A stretch of DNA of 53,454 bases from Christensenella sp. GTDB taxonomy: Bacteria > Bacillota > Clostridia > Christensenellales > Christensenellaceae. A model generated the notes under the pieces. That model was given only the letters and a program-made list of their open reading frames with translations. It did not search any database and was not told where the DNA came from. The DNA lies in NCBI GenBank assembly GCA_036648415.1, contig JAVXIJ010000002.1, positions 1 through 53,454 on the forward strand, read 5' to 3'. The position numbers and the translations under genes are program-made. Below are positions 31,217-41,591 of this stretch, piece after piece. Position 1 is the stretch's first letter; each line of letters opens with the position of its first letter.

Positions 31217-31830
31217 AGTTTGCGGTAATGGCGTCGGGAAGCGGTACAGATTTTCAATCGCTTATAAACGCGGTACGTTTTGGTAAAATTCACGCTGAGA
31301 TTTGTTGCTTAATTGTCAGTAAACCTAATATCTATGCGGTAACTCGCGCACATGATGCGGGAATACGCGTAGAGTCTATTGATAAAAAGAAGTTTAACAG
31401 TCCTGAAAAATTTGACGCGGCGGTTTTGCGTACACTTACAAAACACCACGCGGATTTTGTTGTGTTGGCAGGGTACTTAAATATGATTGGCGAAAAAACG
31501 CTGGCGGCGTATCCAAATAAAATAATAAATATACATCCTTCACTTATTCCGAGTTTTTGCGGAACAGGAATGTATGGCAGCAAGGTGCATGAAGCTGCGA
31601 TTGAGTATGGTGTAAAATATTCAGGAGCGACAGTGCATTTTGTGGACAGTGAGGCAGATACAGGTCCTATTATTTTGCAGGAAACAGTGCCGGTGATGCA
31701 GGACGATACACCTGAGGTGCTCGCGGCGCGTGTGCTTGAGTTGGAGCATAAGCTGCTTCCACAAGCAGTGGCACTTATGACGGACGGTAAATTAAGTGTA
31801 GAAGGCAGAATTGTGAAAATTTCTAAATAG
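31210..31830 (+). CDS. purN: Phosphoribosylglycinamide formyltransferase
   Basis: SGSGT.FQ, LAGY, NIHPSL.P.F, GATVHFV...DTGPII; start is ATG 31210 or GTG 31198. Confidence 0.95.
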   Translation: MLKFAVMASGSGTDFQSLINAVRFGKIHAEICCLIVSKPNIYAVTRAHDAGIRVESIDKKKFNSPEKFDAAVLRTLTKHHADFVVLAGYLNMIGEKTLAAYPNKIINIHPSLIPSFCGTGMYGSKVHEAAIEYGVKYSGATVHFVDSEADTGPIILQETVPVMQDDTPEVLAARVLELEHKLLPQAVALMTDGKLSVEGRIVKISK

Positions 31831-31848
31831 TTTAGGGAGGATATTGAT

Positions 31849-33390
31849 ATGGCAAAAAGAGCTTTTTTGAGTGTATTTGATAAAAGCGGAGTGGTTGATT
31901 TTGCAAGGGGGCTCGTTGAGCTTGGTTTTGAGATTCTTTCAACAGGAGGAACACAACGAGAGCTTGAGAGCGCGGGTATAGCTGTAACTAATGTTTCGGA
32001 TATTACCGGTTTTCCGGAATGTCTTGACGGACGGGTAAAAACCTTGCATCCGAAGATACACGCCGGAATTCTTGCAATGCGCGAAAATGCGGAACATATG
32101 AAGCAATTAAAAGAGCTTGGTGTAGAAACAATAGATGTTGTTGCCGTAAATTTGTATCCTTTTAAACAAACTATTGCTAAAGACGGCGTAACACTTGCGG
32201 ATGCTATCGAAAATATTGACATCGGCGGACCGACAATGCTGCGCGCGGCGGCTAAAAATTGGCAGGATGTTGCATCCATTGTGGATAGCTCAGATTATGA
32301 AACGGTGCTAAGCGAACTTAAAGAAAACGGTGAAGTGTCACGTGATACAAAGTTTATGTTGTGCGCAAAGGTTTTTGAGAATACAGCGGCTTACGATGCT
32401 CTGATAGCGGCTTATTTGCGGCAGCAAACGAATAAAGATGCCATTCCTGATAAGCTTACGCTTACGTTTGAAAAACAGCAGGATATGCGTTATGGCGAAA
32501 ATCCGCATCAAAATGCGGCATTTTACAGAGAACCGCTCGTGGTTAAGGGTAGCATTGCACATGCGGAACAATTAAACGGAAAAGAACTTTCGTTTAATAA
32601 TATCAATGACGCGGCGGGTGCGCTTGATTGCCTGCGTGAGTTTGACGAGCCGACGATTGTGGGCGTAAAGCACGCTAACCCGTGCGGGGTAGGGAGTGCG
32701 GAAACGATTTTTGATGCCTACATTAAAGCTTATGAATGCGATCCTGTTTCCATTTTCGGTGGAATTGTAGCATCAAATCGTGAAATTGATGAGAAGACGG
32801 CTACACAAATGAGCAAGATTTTTTTAGAAATTGTAATTGCGCCTTCATATACGAAAGAAGCGCTCGACATTCTTTGTCAGAAAAAGAATCTGCGTGTGCT
32901 GCGTTTGCCTGACATTATGGAAAAAGCGTCTGAAACAGCATATGACGCAAAAAAAGTAGTGGGTGGAATGCTTATTCAAGACCTTAACACTAAAATATTC
33001 GATGGTGAGTTAAAGGTGGTTACTAAGCGTAAACCGACGGAAGAAGAAATGGAAAATCTTGAATTTGCGTTTAAAGTGGTTAAATATGTGAAGTCAAACG
33101 GTATCGCGATTGCAAGAGGCATGGGAACGCTCGGAATAGGGCCGGGGCAAACTAACCGCATTTGGGCGGCTGAAATGGCGCTTGAACGCAGTGGTGAGGA
33201 AGCAAAAGGAGCGGTGATGGCTTCGGACGCGTTTTTCCCGTTTGATGATTGTGTGGAAGCTGCTGCAAAAGCGGGCATTACAGCGATAATTCAGCCCGGC
33301 GGGTCTATTCGCGATGATGATTCAATTAAAAAATGTGATGAAAACGGAATTGCGATGGTGTTTACGGGTATTCGGCATTTCAGACATTAA
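31849..33390 (+). CDS. purH: Bifunctional AICAR transformylase/IMP cyclohydrolase
   Basis: [52 protein letters not shown]. Confidence 0.97.
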   Translation: MAKRAFLSVFDKSGVVDFARGLVELGFEILSTGGTQRELESAGIAVTNVSDITGFPECLDGRVKTLHPKIHAGILAMRENAEHMKQLKELGVETIDVVAVNLYPFKQTIAKDGVTLADAIENIDIGGPTMLRAAAKNWQDVASIVDSSDYETVLSELKENGEVSRDTKFMLCAKVFENTAAYDALIAAYLRQQTNKDAIPDKLTLTFEKQQDMRYGENPHQNAAFYREPLVVKGSIAHAEQLNGKELSFNNINDAAGALDCLREFDEPTIVGVKHANPCGVGSAETIFDAYIKAYECDPVSIFGGIVASNREIDEKTATQMSKIFLEIVIAPSYTKEALDILCQKKNLRVLRLPDIMEKASETAYDAKKVVGGMLIQDLNTKIFDGELKVVTKRKPTEEEMENLEFAFKVVKYVKSNGIAIARGMGTLGIGPGQTNRIWAAEMALERSGEEAKGAVMASDAFFPFDDCVEAAAKAGITAIIQPGGSIRDDDSIKKCDENGIAMVFTGIRHFRH

Positions 33391-33404
33391 GGAGCAGTTT
33401 ACAT

Positions 33405-34661
33405 ATGAAAAAAGTACTGGTGGTGGGCGGCGGCGGACGCGAACACGCAATTTTATGGAAGCTTGCGCAAAGCAAGCAGAATTTAGAGCTTTATTGCGCG
33501 CCGGGCAACGGCGGGATTGCGCAGATTGCAACGTGTGTGCCGATAAAAGCCGATGATGTCAGCGGTGTAGTGACATGGGCAAAAGAAAACAATGTGGATT
33601 TGGTGTTCGTAGCCCCTGATGATCCGCTTGCGCTCGGTATGGTGGATGCGCTTTTGGCAGAGGGCATACGCGCGTTTGGACCGACTAAAGCTGCGGCGGA
33701 AATTGAATGGTCAAAAGCATATTCAAAATGGCTGATGAAGAAATATAATATTCCGACTGCTGAGTTTGAAGTTTTTGATGATGCAGACAAGGCAATAGAT
33801 TATTTACAAAATGCAAATTACCCGATTGTTGTAAAGGCGGATGGTTTGGCGCTTGGTAAGGGTGTGCTGATATGTGATGATTTTGCACAGGCTAAGCTTG
33901 CCGTCAATGATATTATGCTGGAACAAAAATTCGGGACAGCGGGTGCTCAGGTTGTAATTGAAGAATTCATGACGGGCGCTGAGGTGTCCGTGCTTGCGTT
34001 TTGTGACGGAAAGACTGTAAGACCTATGATTTCCGCGCAGGACCATAAAAGGGCGTTTGACAACGACGAGGGGCTTAACACGGGCGGCATGGGGACTTTT
34101 GCACCATCTCCTAAGTTTACGCACGAAATGCAAAATTGGGCGCAAACAGAGATTTATGAAAAAACCGTGGATGCACTGAATGCGGAGGGCAGGGAATTTA
34201 AAGGAGTTATCTTTTTTGGTTTGATGCTTACGCCCAATGGGATAAAGGTGCTCGAGTATAATGCGCGCCTCGGTGACCCTGAAACACAGTCTGTATTTAT
34301 GCTTCTTAACACTGATTTGTACGATATAATAAATGCGGTCATAGATACCGAGCTTGATAAGCTTGTGTTTGATTGGAAAGAGGGCAGTGCAGTGTGCGTG
34401 GTAATGGCATCCGGCGGTTATCCTCAAAAATATGAGAATGGTAAGTTTATTGATGGGCTTGATGCCGTGGATGAAGATGTGATGGTTTTTCATGCGGGTA
34501 CAAAAGCGCAGAATGAAAAAATTGTCACAAACGGCGGAAGAGTGCTGGGTGTTACCGCAATAGGCAAGGACATTGCTGCTGCGCGCGAAAAGGCGTATGC
34601 GAATGTGCAAAAGATTAGCTTTGACGGGGCGCAATACAGAAAAGATATAGGTATAAAATAG
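33405..34661 (+). CDS. purD: Phosphoribosylamine-glycine ligase
   Basis: GGGREHA, PGNGG, KADGLALGKGV, QDHKR, NTGGMG, EYNAR.GDPETQ. Confidence 0.97.
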   Translation: MKKVLVVGGGGREHAILWKLAQSKQNLELYCAPGNGGIAQIATCVPIKADDVSGVVTWAKENNVDLVFVAPDDPLALGMVDALLAEGIRAFGPTKAAAEIEWSKAYSKWLMKKYNIPTAEFEVFDDADKAIDYLQNANYPIVVKADGLALGKGVLICDDFAQAKLAVNDIMLEQKFGTAGAQVVIEEFMTGAEVSVLAFCDGKTVRPMISAQDHKRAFDNDEGLNTGGMGTFAPSPKFTHEMQNWAQTEIYEKTVDALNAEGREFKGVIFFGLMLTPNGIKVLEYNARLGDPETQSVFMLLNTDLYDIINAVIDTELDKLVFDWKEGSAVCVVMASGGYPQKYENGKFIDGLDAVDEDVMVFHAGTKAQNEKIVTNGGRVLGVTAIGKDIAAAREKAYANVQKISFDGAQYRKDIGIK

Positions 34662-34671
34662 AAAACATTGT

Positions 34672-34702
34672 AAAAGGCGGCTCAGTAATGAGTCGCCTTT
34701 TT
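34672..34702. terminator. Bidirectional terminator between the convergent pur and dap operons
   Basis: AAAAGGCGGCTCA-GTAA-TGAGTCGCCTTTT. Confidence 0.8.
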
Positions 34703-34729
34703 GCATGATATTTATTAAAATATAATCCT

Positions 34730-36106
34730 TCAGTGCTGCTTTAAAATTTTATCTGCTACATATAAGCCATTTGCCGCAGCCTGTGAGAGGGAACGCGTGA
34801 AGCCTGCGCCGTCACCGGTGGCATAAATATTTTCAAAGCCATCAAGCTCGAAATCATGTGAAATCGGACGCGCGGAATAGTATTTGCACTCAATGCCGTA
34901 GAGCAGCGTGTCATAGTTCGCTGTGCCGGGCGCAATTTTGTCAAGCGCATACAACGTTTCGATGATATTATCAAGCTGACGTTTCGGCAGGCAAAGGCTT
35001 AAGTCGCCGGGAACAGCGTTAAGCGTCGGGCGCGTCGTGGATTGCGCAAGGCGGTTTGCATCTGTGCGTCTTCCGCTGAGCAAGTCGCCAAAGCGCTGCA
35101 CCAAAACACTGTCACCGCTTATAAGGTTTGCAAGGCTCGCAACGTGCCGCGCATATTCAATAGGCTCTTTAAATGGCTCTGTAAAGCGAATAGTCGTAAG
35201 CAACGCAAAATTAGAGTTGTCTGTTTTGCGCGATTTGTCACGGTAGGAGTGTCCGTTTACTGTAAGCACGCCGTTTGTGTTTTCTGTGACAACGTTGCCT
35301 TTTTCGTTAAAGCAGAACATACGAGTAGTATCGCCGTAGGCCTTGCTGCGAAACCATATTTTCGGCTCGTATATTTTGCGCGAGAAATGTTCCCAAACAC
35401 TGGATGGAAGCTCTACACGCACACCTATATCCACTTGATTATTGGTAAGCCCGACATTGTTTTTCTTGCACCATTTTGCAAAAAACTGACTGCCGACCCG
35501 TCCCACCGCAAATATAATATCTTTTGCGGAAAGCTCAAAGGCTTCGGTTTTGGATTTAGCAAAAATCGTGTGAGAATGGGCGTCAACATCAGTGACGTCG
35601 GTATCAGTGAGAATATCACATTTTTGCGCAACATATTCAATCATTTTGCGCATAGTGTCGAAGTTTTCGTCTGTTCCGAGGTGTTTTAATTGCGCTTGCG
35701 ACATATGCAGGTCATGCTTTAAACAATCCGCTTTAAGTGAGTTATCGGGCATAAAACGTTCGGTTGTTGCCCCAAAAGATACAAGCAGCTTATCTGCCTG
35801 CTCAATATAGTCAATTACCGTTTCGGGCTTTAAAAAATCGGTGAGCCAGCCGCCGTATTCTGTAGAAATAACGTATTTACCATCGGAAAACGCGCCGGCG
35901 CCGGCCATCCCCTCCATTATTGCACATGAAGCGCATTTAATACAGTGGTCAGCCGTTTTTTTGATTATAGGGCAGATGCGATTTGTTATAGGATGTCCTT
36001 TTTCTAATAAAACAACAGAAAGGGCAGGGTTAGTTTCGGTCAGGCGATACGCGCACATAATGCCGCTGATACCGCCCCCGATGATTGCTACATCATATTT
36101 TTTCAA
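34730..36106 (-). CDS. Uncharacterised FAD-dependent oxidoreductase with a Cys cluster
   Basis: YDVAIIGGGISG Rossmann motif, CP-x7-CIKCASC, GAGAFSDGK, C-terminal GDGAG.TR.L.QA. True start is probably TTG at 36106 with a GAGG RBS, because the ORF-track start at 36187 overlaps dapB. Confidence 0.85.
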   Translation of the reverse strand: MKKYDVAIIGGGISGIMCAYRLTETNPALSVVLLEKGHPITNRICPIIKKTADHCIKCASCAIMEGMAGAGAFSDGKYVISTEYGGWLTDFLKPETVIDYIEQADKLLVSFGATTERFMPDNSLKADCLKHDLHMSQAQLKHLGTDENFDTMRKMIEYVAQKCDILTDTDVTDVDAHSHTIFAKSKTEAFELSAKDIIFAVGRVGSQFFAKWCKKNNVGLTNNQVDIGVRVELPSSVWEHFSRKIYEPKIWFRSKAYGDTTRMFCFNEKGNVVTENTNGVLTVNGHSYRDKSRKTDNSNFALLTTIRFTEPFKEPIEYARHVASLANLISGDSVLVQRFGDLLSGRRTDANRLAQSTTRPTLNAVPGDLSLCLPKRQLDNIIETLYALDKIAPGTANYDTLLYGIECKYYSARPISHDFELDGFENIYATGDGAGFTRSLSQAAANGLYVADKILKQH

Positions 36107-36123
36107 TTTAGCTACCTCAATTA

Positions 36124-37338
36124 TTATAGTTCGAATGTTTGCGCAACAGCCCTGATAGCCTTTGTGGTATCCGTGCTGTTTATGCAAAAGGAGATTCCTG
36201 TCTGAGAATTTGTTACAATGTATGTTTTGATGTTTTCTGCGGATAATGCGGAAAACAGCTTTGAAACAACGCCATATTGCCGTGCCATACCATCACCTTC
36301 AATGGTGAGCTGTGTTATATCGGAGGTACAAACGTATTGAAGTCCGCTTATGCTGTCAAGTGCGGCTTTAGTCGAAAGCATATCACCGTCTGAAATAGAA
36401 AAGGCAATATCAACAGTGTTATCTTGAGGATAAGCTTGGCTTATTGTGTCGATATTCACGTTGTTTTTGGCAACAGAGTCAAATATATCGGCGATATAAG
36501 CGGGATCGTGCGGAACATTGATAAGCGTTACAATAACATCTTTTTCTTCCTTAGCATATATGCTGCTGACAATTTTTTTGCCGGAGATAATGTCTTGCAT
36601 TGAATATAAGCCTGTTGAGCGTCCAACCATAAATTTAGCAGCTCTGACAGCGCCCTCTGCAAAAACTTGACGAGATAGGGCACGATGATGTATTTCAATA
36701 ACCTCGTCATTGCCTAAAAACAGCACATCATGCTCGCCCACAACAGTTCCGCCGCGCACCGCATGAATGCCGATTTCTTTATTTTCGCGTTTGGCATGGG
36801 TGTTGGGTGTGCGTCCGTATATATATTCTTTTTCACCCGAAAAAACTTCGTTGATGCTGTCGGCAATGGCAAGTGCAGTGCCGCTCGGCGCATCAACCTT
36901 TTGATTGTGATGTTTTTCGATTATTTCAATGTCGAACTTATCGCCTAAAAATTCAGAGGCAGTTTTGCATAATTCCATTTGCAAATTGACGCCGAGTGAC
37001 ATATTTGCAGAGAAAAATACAGGGATGTGTCCTGAATATTTAACAATCATCATTTTTTCGTTAGCAGCATAGCCGGTGGTGCAGAGTACAGCGGGAATGT
37101 TTTTGCTTTGCGCATAATCCAGTAAAGCTTTTAACGCATCAGGACGCGAAAAATCAATGATAACGTCTGCCGATTCGATTACATGCTGCATATCCGCATA
37201 AACAGGAAAGGCGTTCGCGCGTGCATCGGGCATTTTGTCTACACCTGCAACAACTACCATGTCAGGCGCTTGAGAAATACACTCAGCAACAAACTGTCCC
37301 ATTTTGCCGTTAGCGCCGCTTATCAATACTTTTATCAT
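36124..37338 (-). CDS. dapB: 4-hydroxy-tetrahydrodipicolinate reductase fused to C-terminal tandem ACT domains
   Basis: GANGKMG, IDFS, CTTG, NMSLGVN, E.HH.QK.DAPSGTAL, R.G...GEH; about 150 extra residues resemble the aspartokinase regulatory domain. Confidence 0.93.
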   Translation of the reverse strand: MIKVLISGANGKMGQFVAECISQAPDMVVVAGVDKMPDARANAFPVYADMQHVIESADVIIDFSRPDALKALLDYAQSKNIPAVLCTTGYAANEKMMIVKYSGHIPVFFSANMSLGVNLQMELCKTASEFLGDKFDIEIIEKHHNQKVDAPSGTALAIADSINEVFSGEKEYIYGRTPNTHAKRENKEIGIHAVRGGTVVGEHDVLFLGNDEVIEIHHRALSRQVFAEGAVRAAKFMVGRSTGLYSMQDIISGKKIVSSIYAKEEKDVIVTLINVPHDPAYIADIFDSVAKNNVNIDTISQAYPQDNTVDIAFSISDGDMLSTKAALDSISGLQYVCTSDITQLTIEGDGMARQYGVVSKLFSALSAENIKTYIVTNSQTGISFCINSTDTTKAIRAVAQTFEL

Positions 37339-37352
37339 TTTGAATACCTTTC

Positions 37353-38231
37353 TTAGTCACATAGCCCAAATTGGCGCATTTGTACCAATAGGTTTTCATA
37401 ATTTTTGTCATTCATCTCCGTCAGCGGTAAACGCAGCGGACCCATTTTGAAGCCCATTACGCGCATTGCCGTTTTGATAGGAATGGGATTCACTTCACTG
37501 AACAGTGCGTTTATCATTGGAATGATTTTAAGCTGCATATCGCGCGCTTCTTCAATTTTGCCGTTGAAATAATTCATAACCATATTATTTACATACTTAG
37601 GCATAATGTTGGCAAGCACAGAAATTACACCGCTGCCGCCAAGCGACAGTATGGGAACAACTTGATCATCATTTCCGCTGTACAATGCCGCGTTTTCGCG
37701 TGTAAGGTGAGCAACCTCCGCTACCTGCGAAATATTTCCGCTTGCTTCCTTTATGCCTGCAATGTTTTTGTGGCGACAAAGGCTTTCATAGACAGAAGGG
37801 CAGATGTTGACGCCGGTTCTTGAGGGCACGTTGTAAAGTATGACAGGTAAATCTGTAGAGTCTGCAAGCGCGGTAAAATGCGCTATAAGACCGGCATTTG
37901 TGCATTTGTTATAATATGGCGTGACTGCAAGGAGCGCATCAGCGCCCAAACGCTGTGCAGCCGTTGCACATGAAATCACATGTGCGGTATTGTTGCCGCC
38001 CACTCCTGCAACGACGCTCACGCGGTGCGCAGCAGTTTTCACCACACAGTCGATTACAGAGCGCTGCTCCTCGTCTGTCATAGTGGCGGGCTCACCCGTA
38101 GTGCCACACGCGATAAGGGCGTTTGTACCATTCGTAATTTGAAATTCAACGAGCTGCTCGAGTGTGTCAAACGCAACTCCGTTTTCAGTAAAGGGTGTCG
38201 CTAATGCGACGCCGGAACCTTTAAAAATCAT
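37353..38231 (-). CDS. dapA: 4-hydroxy-tetrahydrodipicolinate synthase
   Basis: TPF, GTTGE, PYYNK, LYNVPSRTG, GIKEASG, SGND, NPIPIK. Confidence 0.97.
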   Translation of the reverse strand: MIFKGSGVALATPFTENGVAFDTLEQLVEFQITNGTNALIACGTTGEPATMTDEEQRSVIDCVVKTAAHRVSVVAGVGGNNTAHVISCATAAQRLGADALLAVTPYYNKCTNAGLIAHFTALADSTDLPVILYNVPSRTGVNICPSVYESLCRHKNIAGIKEASGNISQVAEVAHLTRENAALYSGNDDQVVPILSLGGSGVISVLANIMPKYVNNMVMNYFNGKIEEARDMQLKIIPMINALFSEVNPIPIKTAMRVMGFKMGPLRLPLTEMNDKNYENLLVQMRQFGLCD

Positions 38232-38249
38232 AATTTACTCTCCTGAAGT

Positions 38250-39263
38250 TTAATTATCTTGCATTTCCATCCACTTTTGAGCGATTTGTACAGCGTTGGT
38301 GGCGGCACCTTTTCTGATGTTGTCCGCAACCACCCATAGATTGACACCGGATTCTATCGAACGGTCGCGGCGAATGCGGCCGACATATACCTCGTCTTTT
38401 CCTGTAATCTCATACGGCATGGGGTAAATGCCTTTGCTCTCACCCTGCTTAACGTCGTCCATTATGATTAGTCCGGGGAAGTGTGCAAGGGTTTCTTTAA
38501 GCTCTTTTATATCATAAGCTTTCTCAAATTCCACATTTATGGATTCACAATGGCTGTGGAAAACAGGAACACGCACAGTGGTAGCGGTAATGCGCATTTG
38601 GTCGTTGTGCAATATTTTGCGCGTTTCGTTGACCATTTTAAGTTCTTCTTTTGTGTAGTCGTCCTCATCAAACACATCAATTTGCGGCAGACAGTTTCCA
38701 AAGATAGGGTAGGGGAATTTTTTGGGCTTATCACCGTTGATACCGTTTTCAAGGTCGCTGTATCCGCCCATACCTGCGCCCGAAACAGCTTGATATGTGG
38801 AATAAATTACGCGCTTGATTTTGTATTTGTCATCAAGCGGCTTTAAGGCAACCATTGCTTGAATTGTTGAGCAGTTTGGATTTGCAATGATGCCGTGATT
38901 TTTTGCGATGTCCTCAGCGTTTACTTCGGGAACAACAAGCGGGACCTCAGGGTCCATACGCCATGCGCTTGAATTGTCTATTACAAGTACACCCGCCTTA
39001 ACAGCACATGGGGCGAAATGTTCACTTGTGCTGCCGCCCGCCGAAAATAGGGCAATGTCGATGTTTTTGCCATCAAAGCATGTTTCAGTCAGTTGCTCGA
39101 TAACATATTCTTTCCCCATAAACTCAACCTTTTTGCCTGCGCTGCGTGCACTTGCAAATAAGTAATAGTTTTCTACCGGGAGCTTGCGTTCGGCAAGAAC
39201 CTGTAGAAATTTTCTGCCTACCATTCCGGTGGCTCCCACGACAGCAACGTTAAACTTTCTCAT
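38250..39263 (-). CDS. asd: Aspartate-semialdehyde dehydrogenase
   Basis: VVGATGMVG, DNSSAWRM, ANPNCST, YQAVSGAG, RVPV..SH, DNIRKGAA.NA. Confidence 0.97.
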   Translation of the reverse strand: MRKFNVAVVGATGMVGRKFLQVLAERKLPVENYYLFASARSAGKKVEFMGKEYVIEQLTETCFDGKNIDIALFSAGGSTSEHFAPCAVKAGVLVIDNSSAWRMDPEVPLVVPEVNAEDIAKNHGIIANPNCSTIQAMVALKPLDDKYKIKRVIYSTYQAVSGAGMGGYSDLENGINGDKPKKFPYPIFGNCLPQIDVFDEDDYTKEELKMVNETRKILHNDQMRITATTVRVPVFHSHCESINVEFEKAYDIKELKETLAHFPGLIIMDDVKQGESKGIYPMPYEITGKDEVYVGRIRRDRSIESGVNLWVVADNIRKGAATNAVQIAQKWMEMQDN

Positions 39264-39328
39264 TTTGAACTCCTATTCTTTACCGCGGCGCGGCATACTA
39301 AAATATTTTTAACGGTTTCCCGTTTTTT

Positions 39329-39360
39329 ATAAAAAAAATAACGGCACACATTGCGCCGTT
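39329..39360 (-). terminator. Attenuator terminator of the lysine riboswitch
   Basis: On the minus strand AACGGCGCA-ATG-TGTGCCGTT is followed by a long T tract, between the aptamer and asd. Confidence 0.75.
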
Positions 39361-39391
39361 GTATTCACACCTTTTGTTGTAAAGCGTGATC

Positions 39392-39572
39392 GCAGCAGCG
39401 CAACACCGCATAAGTAGCGGTGACAGTGATACGATTATTTATCGCATCCCCAGATCTATATGCACGGCAGGCATATATGACCTTCGGCGTTGTGCCCTTT
39501 CACATAAAATGCGACCGCCTTGCCGAAAGGCTTGTCATTTTATGATACTAATGCGCTAACGCTCCTCTGTCT
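39392..39572 (-). ncRNA. Lysine riboswitch (L-box)
   Basis: Minus strand reads AGAGGAGCG...TAGT...TGAAAGGG...CGCCGAA...CTGGG...AATA...ACTGTC...GCGCTG. Lies upstream of asd-dapA-dapB, with promoter TTTACA-17-TATAAT at 39612-39584. Confidence 0.92.
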
Positions 39573-39688
39573 GTTCTTTTGTCATTATACATCATGCACA
39601 TCATTATGTAAATAGTTAATACTTGCGAAACCATGTTAAAAACGATATATTAGTATTGTAATATTATAATGTATAGGAGTGCAAAATA

Positions 39689-40834
39689 ATGCGTGTACGT
39701 CAGCAGGTAGTGCAATATCTTGACGAAATTACAAAGCTGCGCAGGGAGCTTCATAAAATTCCGGAGTATTCATTTAAGGAATATAATACATCTGAATATT
39801 TAATGGACTATTTGAAGTGTCTTAAACCGGACTTGCTTGAAAATGTTGCAGGGACGGGCATAAAGGCGGTTTTCTCAGCGAAAAAGCCGCAAAAAACAGT
39901 GGCGATTCGCGCAGATATTGACGGGCTGCCGGTAACAGAGCATAACGATATATCTTTTCGTTCACAGCAGGATAATATGATGCACGCGTGCGGGCATGAT
40001 GGGCATATGGCGGCTGCACTTATTTGCGCAAAGATAATAAGCGGCGCACGGGATAGATTAAAAAACAATTATGTTTTTTTATTTCAGCCTGCGGAGGAAA
40101 CCACAGGCGGTGCATTGCCGATGATAGAGGCGGGCGCACTTAAGAATCCAAATGTGGATGAAATATACGGGATACATTTGTGGCCGTATTTAAAAGCGGG
40201 ATTAGTGGGCACAAAGGCGGGCCCGCTTATGGCGGATATGTGTGATTTGAATATTACCGTTAAGGGTCGGGGAAGTCACGGCGCAAAACCGCAGGACGGT
40301 CGGGATGCGCTTGTAGCTGCGGCACAGCTTATAATGGGTGTGCAAAGTATAATTTCACGCAACGTTGACCCATACAAAACGGGCGTAATTACTATCGGTA
40401 AGATTAGCGGCGGGGAAACGCGCAACGTGATTTGTGAAAAAGTCACGCTGGAGGGTACAATCAGAACGTTTGAGCCGAAGGTTACGGCAATAATCAAGCG
40501 CCGTCTTGCAGAGATGCTTGAGGGGATTGACATCATGTATGGTGTTCAAAGTGAATATGCAGAAACCATGACGTATCCGGCGGTAGTAAATGATGAAAAG
40601 CTATATGAAAAGGTCAAAGAAAAATTTTCGCGTGATGAGTTTGTGCAGGTGGAGCCGGTCATGATTTCAGAAGATTTTTCTAATTTCCAACGTGCGGTTA
40701 AGGGTGTGTATGCATTTGTAGGAATTGCAGAAACAACAGATGCAGAACCGCTGCATTCAAGCAGATTTAACTTTAACGAACAGGTGCTGTTAAACGGTGT
40801 AGAATATTTCTTGAGGGTGACTGATTTTGAATGA
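39689..40834 (+). CDS. M20D-family amidohydrolase, possibly N-acetyl-diaminopimelate deacetylase
   Basis: LHKIPE, RADID.LP, MHACGHDGH, FQPAEE, SEDF, PLHS; divergent from the dap operon. Confidence 0.85.
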   Translation: MRVRQQVVQYLDEITKLRRELHKIPEYSFKEYNTSEYLMDYLKCLKPDLLENVAGTGIKAVFSAKKPQKTVAIRADIDGLPVTEHNDISFRSQQDNMMHACGHDGHMAAALICAKIISGARDRLKNNYVFLFQPAEETTGGALPMIEAGALKNPNVDEIYGIHLWPYLKAGLVGTKAGPLMADMCDLNITVKGRGSHGAKPQDGRDALVAAAQLIMGVQSIISRNVDPYKTGVITIGKISGGETRNVICEKVTLEGTIRTFEPKVTAIIKRRLAEMLEGIDIMYGVQSEYAETMTYPAVVNDEKLYEKVKEKFSRDEFVQVEPVMISEDFSNFQRAVKGVYAFVGIAETTDAEPLHSSRFNFNEQVLLNGVEYFLRVTDFE

Positions 40835-41591
40835 ACAATACAGCGTGTTGGCGCGTATATATGATAAACTTATGTATGATGTTTCGTATGAGGTGTGGGC
40901 GGATTACATAATAAAACTTTTGCATCAAAATGCGGTGGAGCATGGTGCAGCAGTGCTTGAATATGCGTGCGGAACGGGGAATATTACGCTGCCGCTTGCG
41001 CGTGAGGGCTATCACGTGACGGCAATGGATGCTTCAGAGGAAATGTTGTTTTGTGCGCAGGAAAAAACGCGTAAAAGTGCTTTGCAGGTGAATTATGCGT
41101 GTAACGATATGCAGGATTTTAGGTTAAATAAATCGGTGCGAGCCGCAGTGTGTGCTTGTGACGGTGTAAACTATTTACTGCAAGCGGAAGATTTACAGCG
41201 ATTTTTTGAAAATGCGTATAAAAATCTTGACAATCAAGGGGTTTTCTTGTTTGATATAAGCTCAGCATATAAATTGCGGCATATCTTGGGCAATGAGTTT
41301 TATTATGATGACGGGGAAAATGAAACGTATTTCTGGCAAAACAGCTTTGATGAACAAAGCAGTATTGTAAAGATGGAATTAACGCTGTTTGTTGCAAAAA
41401 ACGGTTTGTATGAACGTTATGATGAAATACATTTGCAAAGAGCGTGGGAACAAAGTGAAATTGAAATTGCGCTTAAAAAGGCGGGATTTTCGGAAATTAC
41501 TGCGTATGGATTTGGGACAACTAAGCCACCGTGCGAAAAGGATGAACGCATACAGTTCATGGCAATAAGAGGAGAAAAAATCAATGGGTGA
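40827..41591 (+). CDS. Class I SAM-dependent methyltransferase
   Basis: Y...A..YD.LM, VLEYACGTG motif I, D.S.EML, CDGVNY, G.FLFD. Confidence 0.88.
   Translation: MNEQYSVLARIYDKLMYDVSYEVWADYIIKLLHQNAVEHGAAVLEYACGTGNITLPLAREGYHVTAMDASEEMLFCAQEKTRKSALQVNYACNDMQDFRLNKSVRAAVCACDGVNYLLQAEDLQRFFENAYKNLDNQGVFLFDISSAYKLRHILGNEFYYDDGENETYFWQNSFDEQSSIVKMELTLFVAKNGLYERYDEIHLQRAWEQSEIEIALKKAGFSEITAYGFGTTKPPCEKDERIQFMAIRGEKING

Noticed and set aside
31332-32279. 315-aa antisense ORF
   Set aside because: Shadow of purN/purH on the opposite strand; no recognisable motifs.
33804-34706. 300-aa antisense ORF
   Set aside because: Shadow of purD; it starts inside a terminator and has no RBS or motif.
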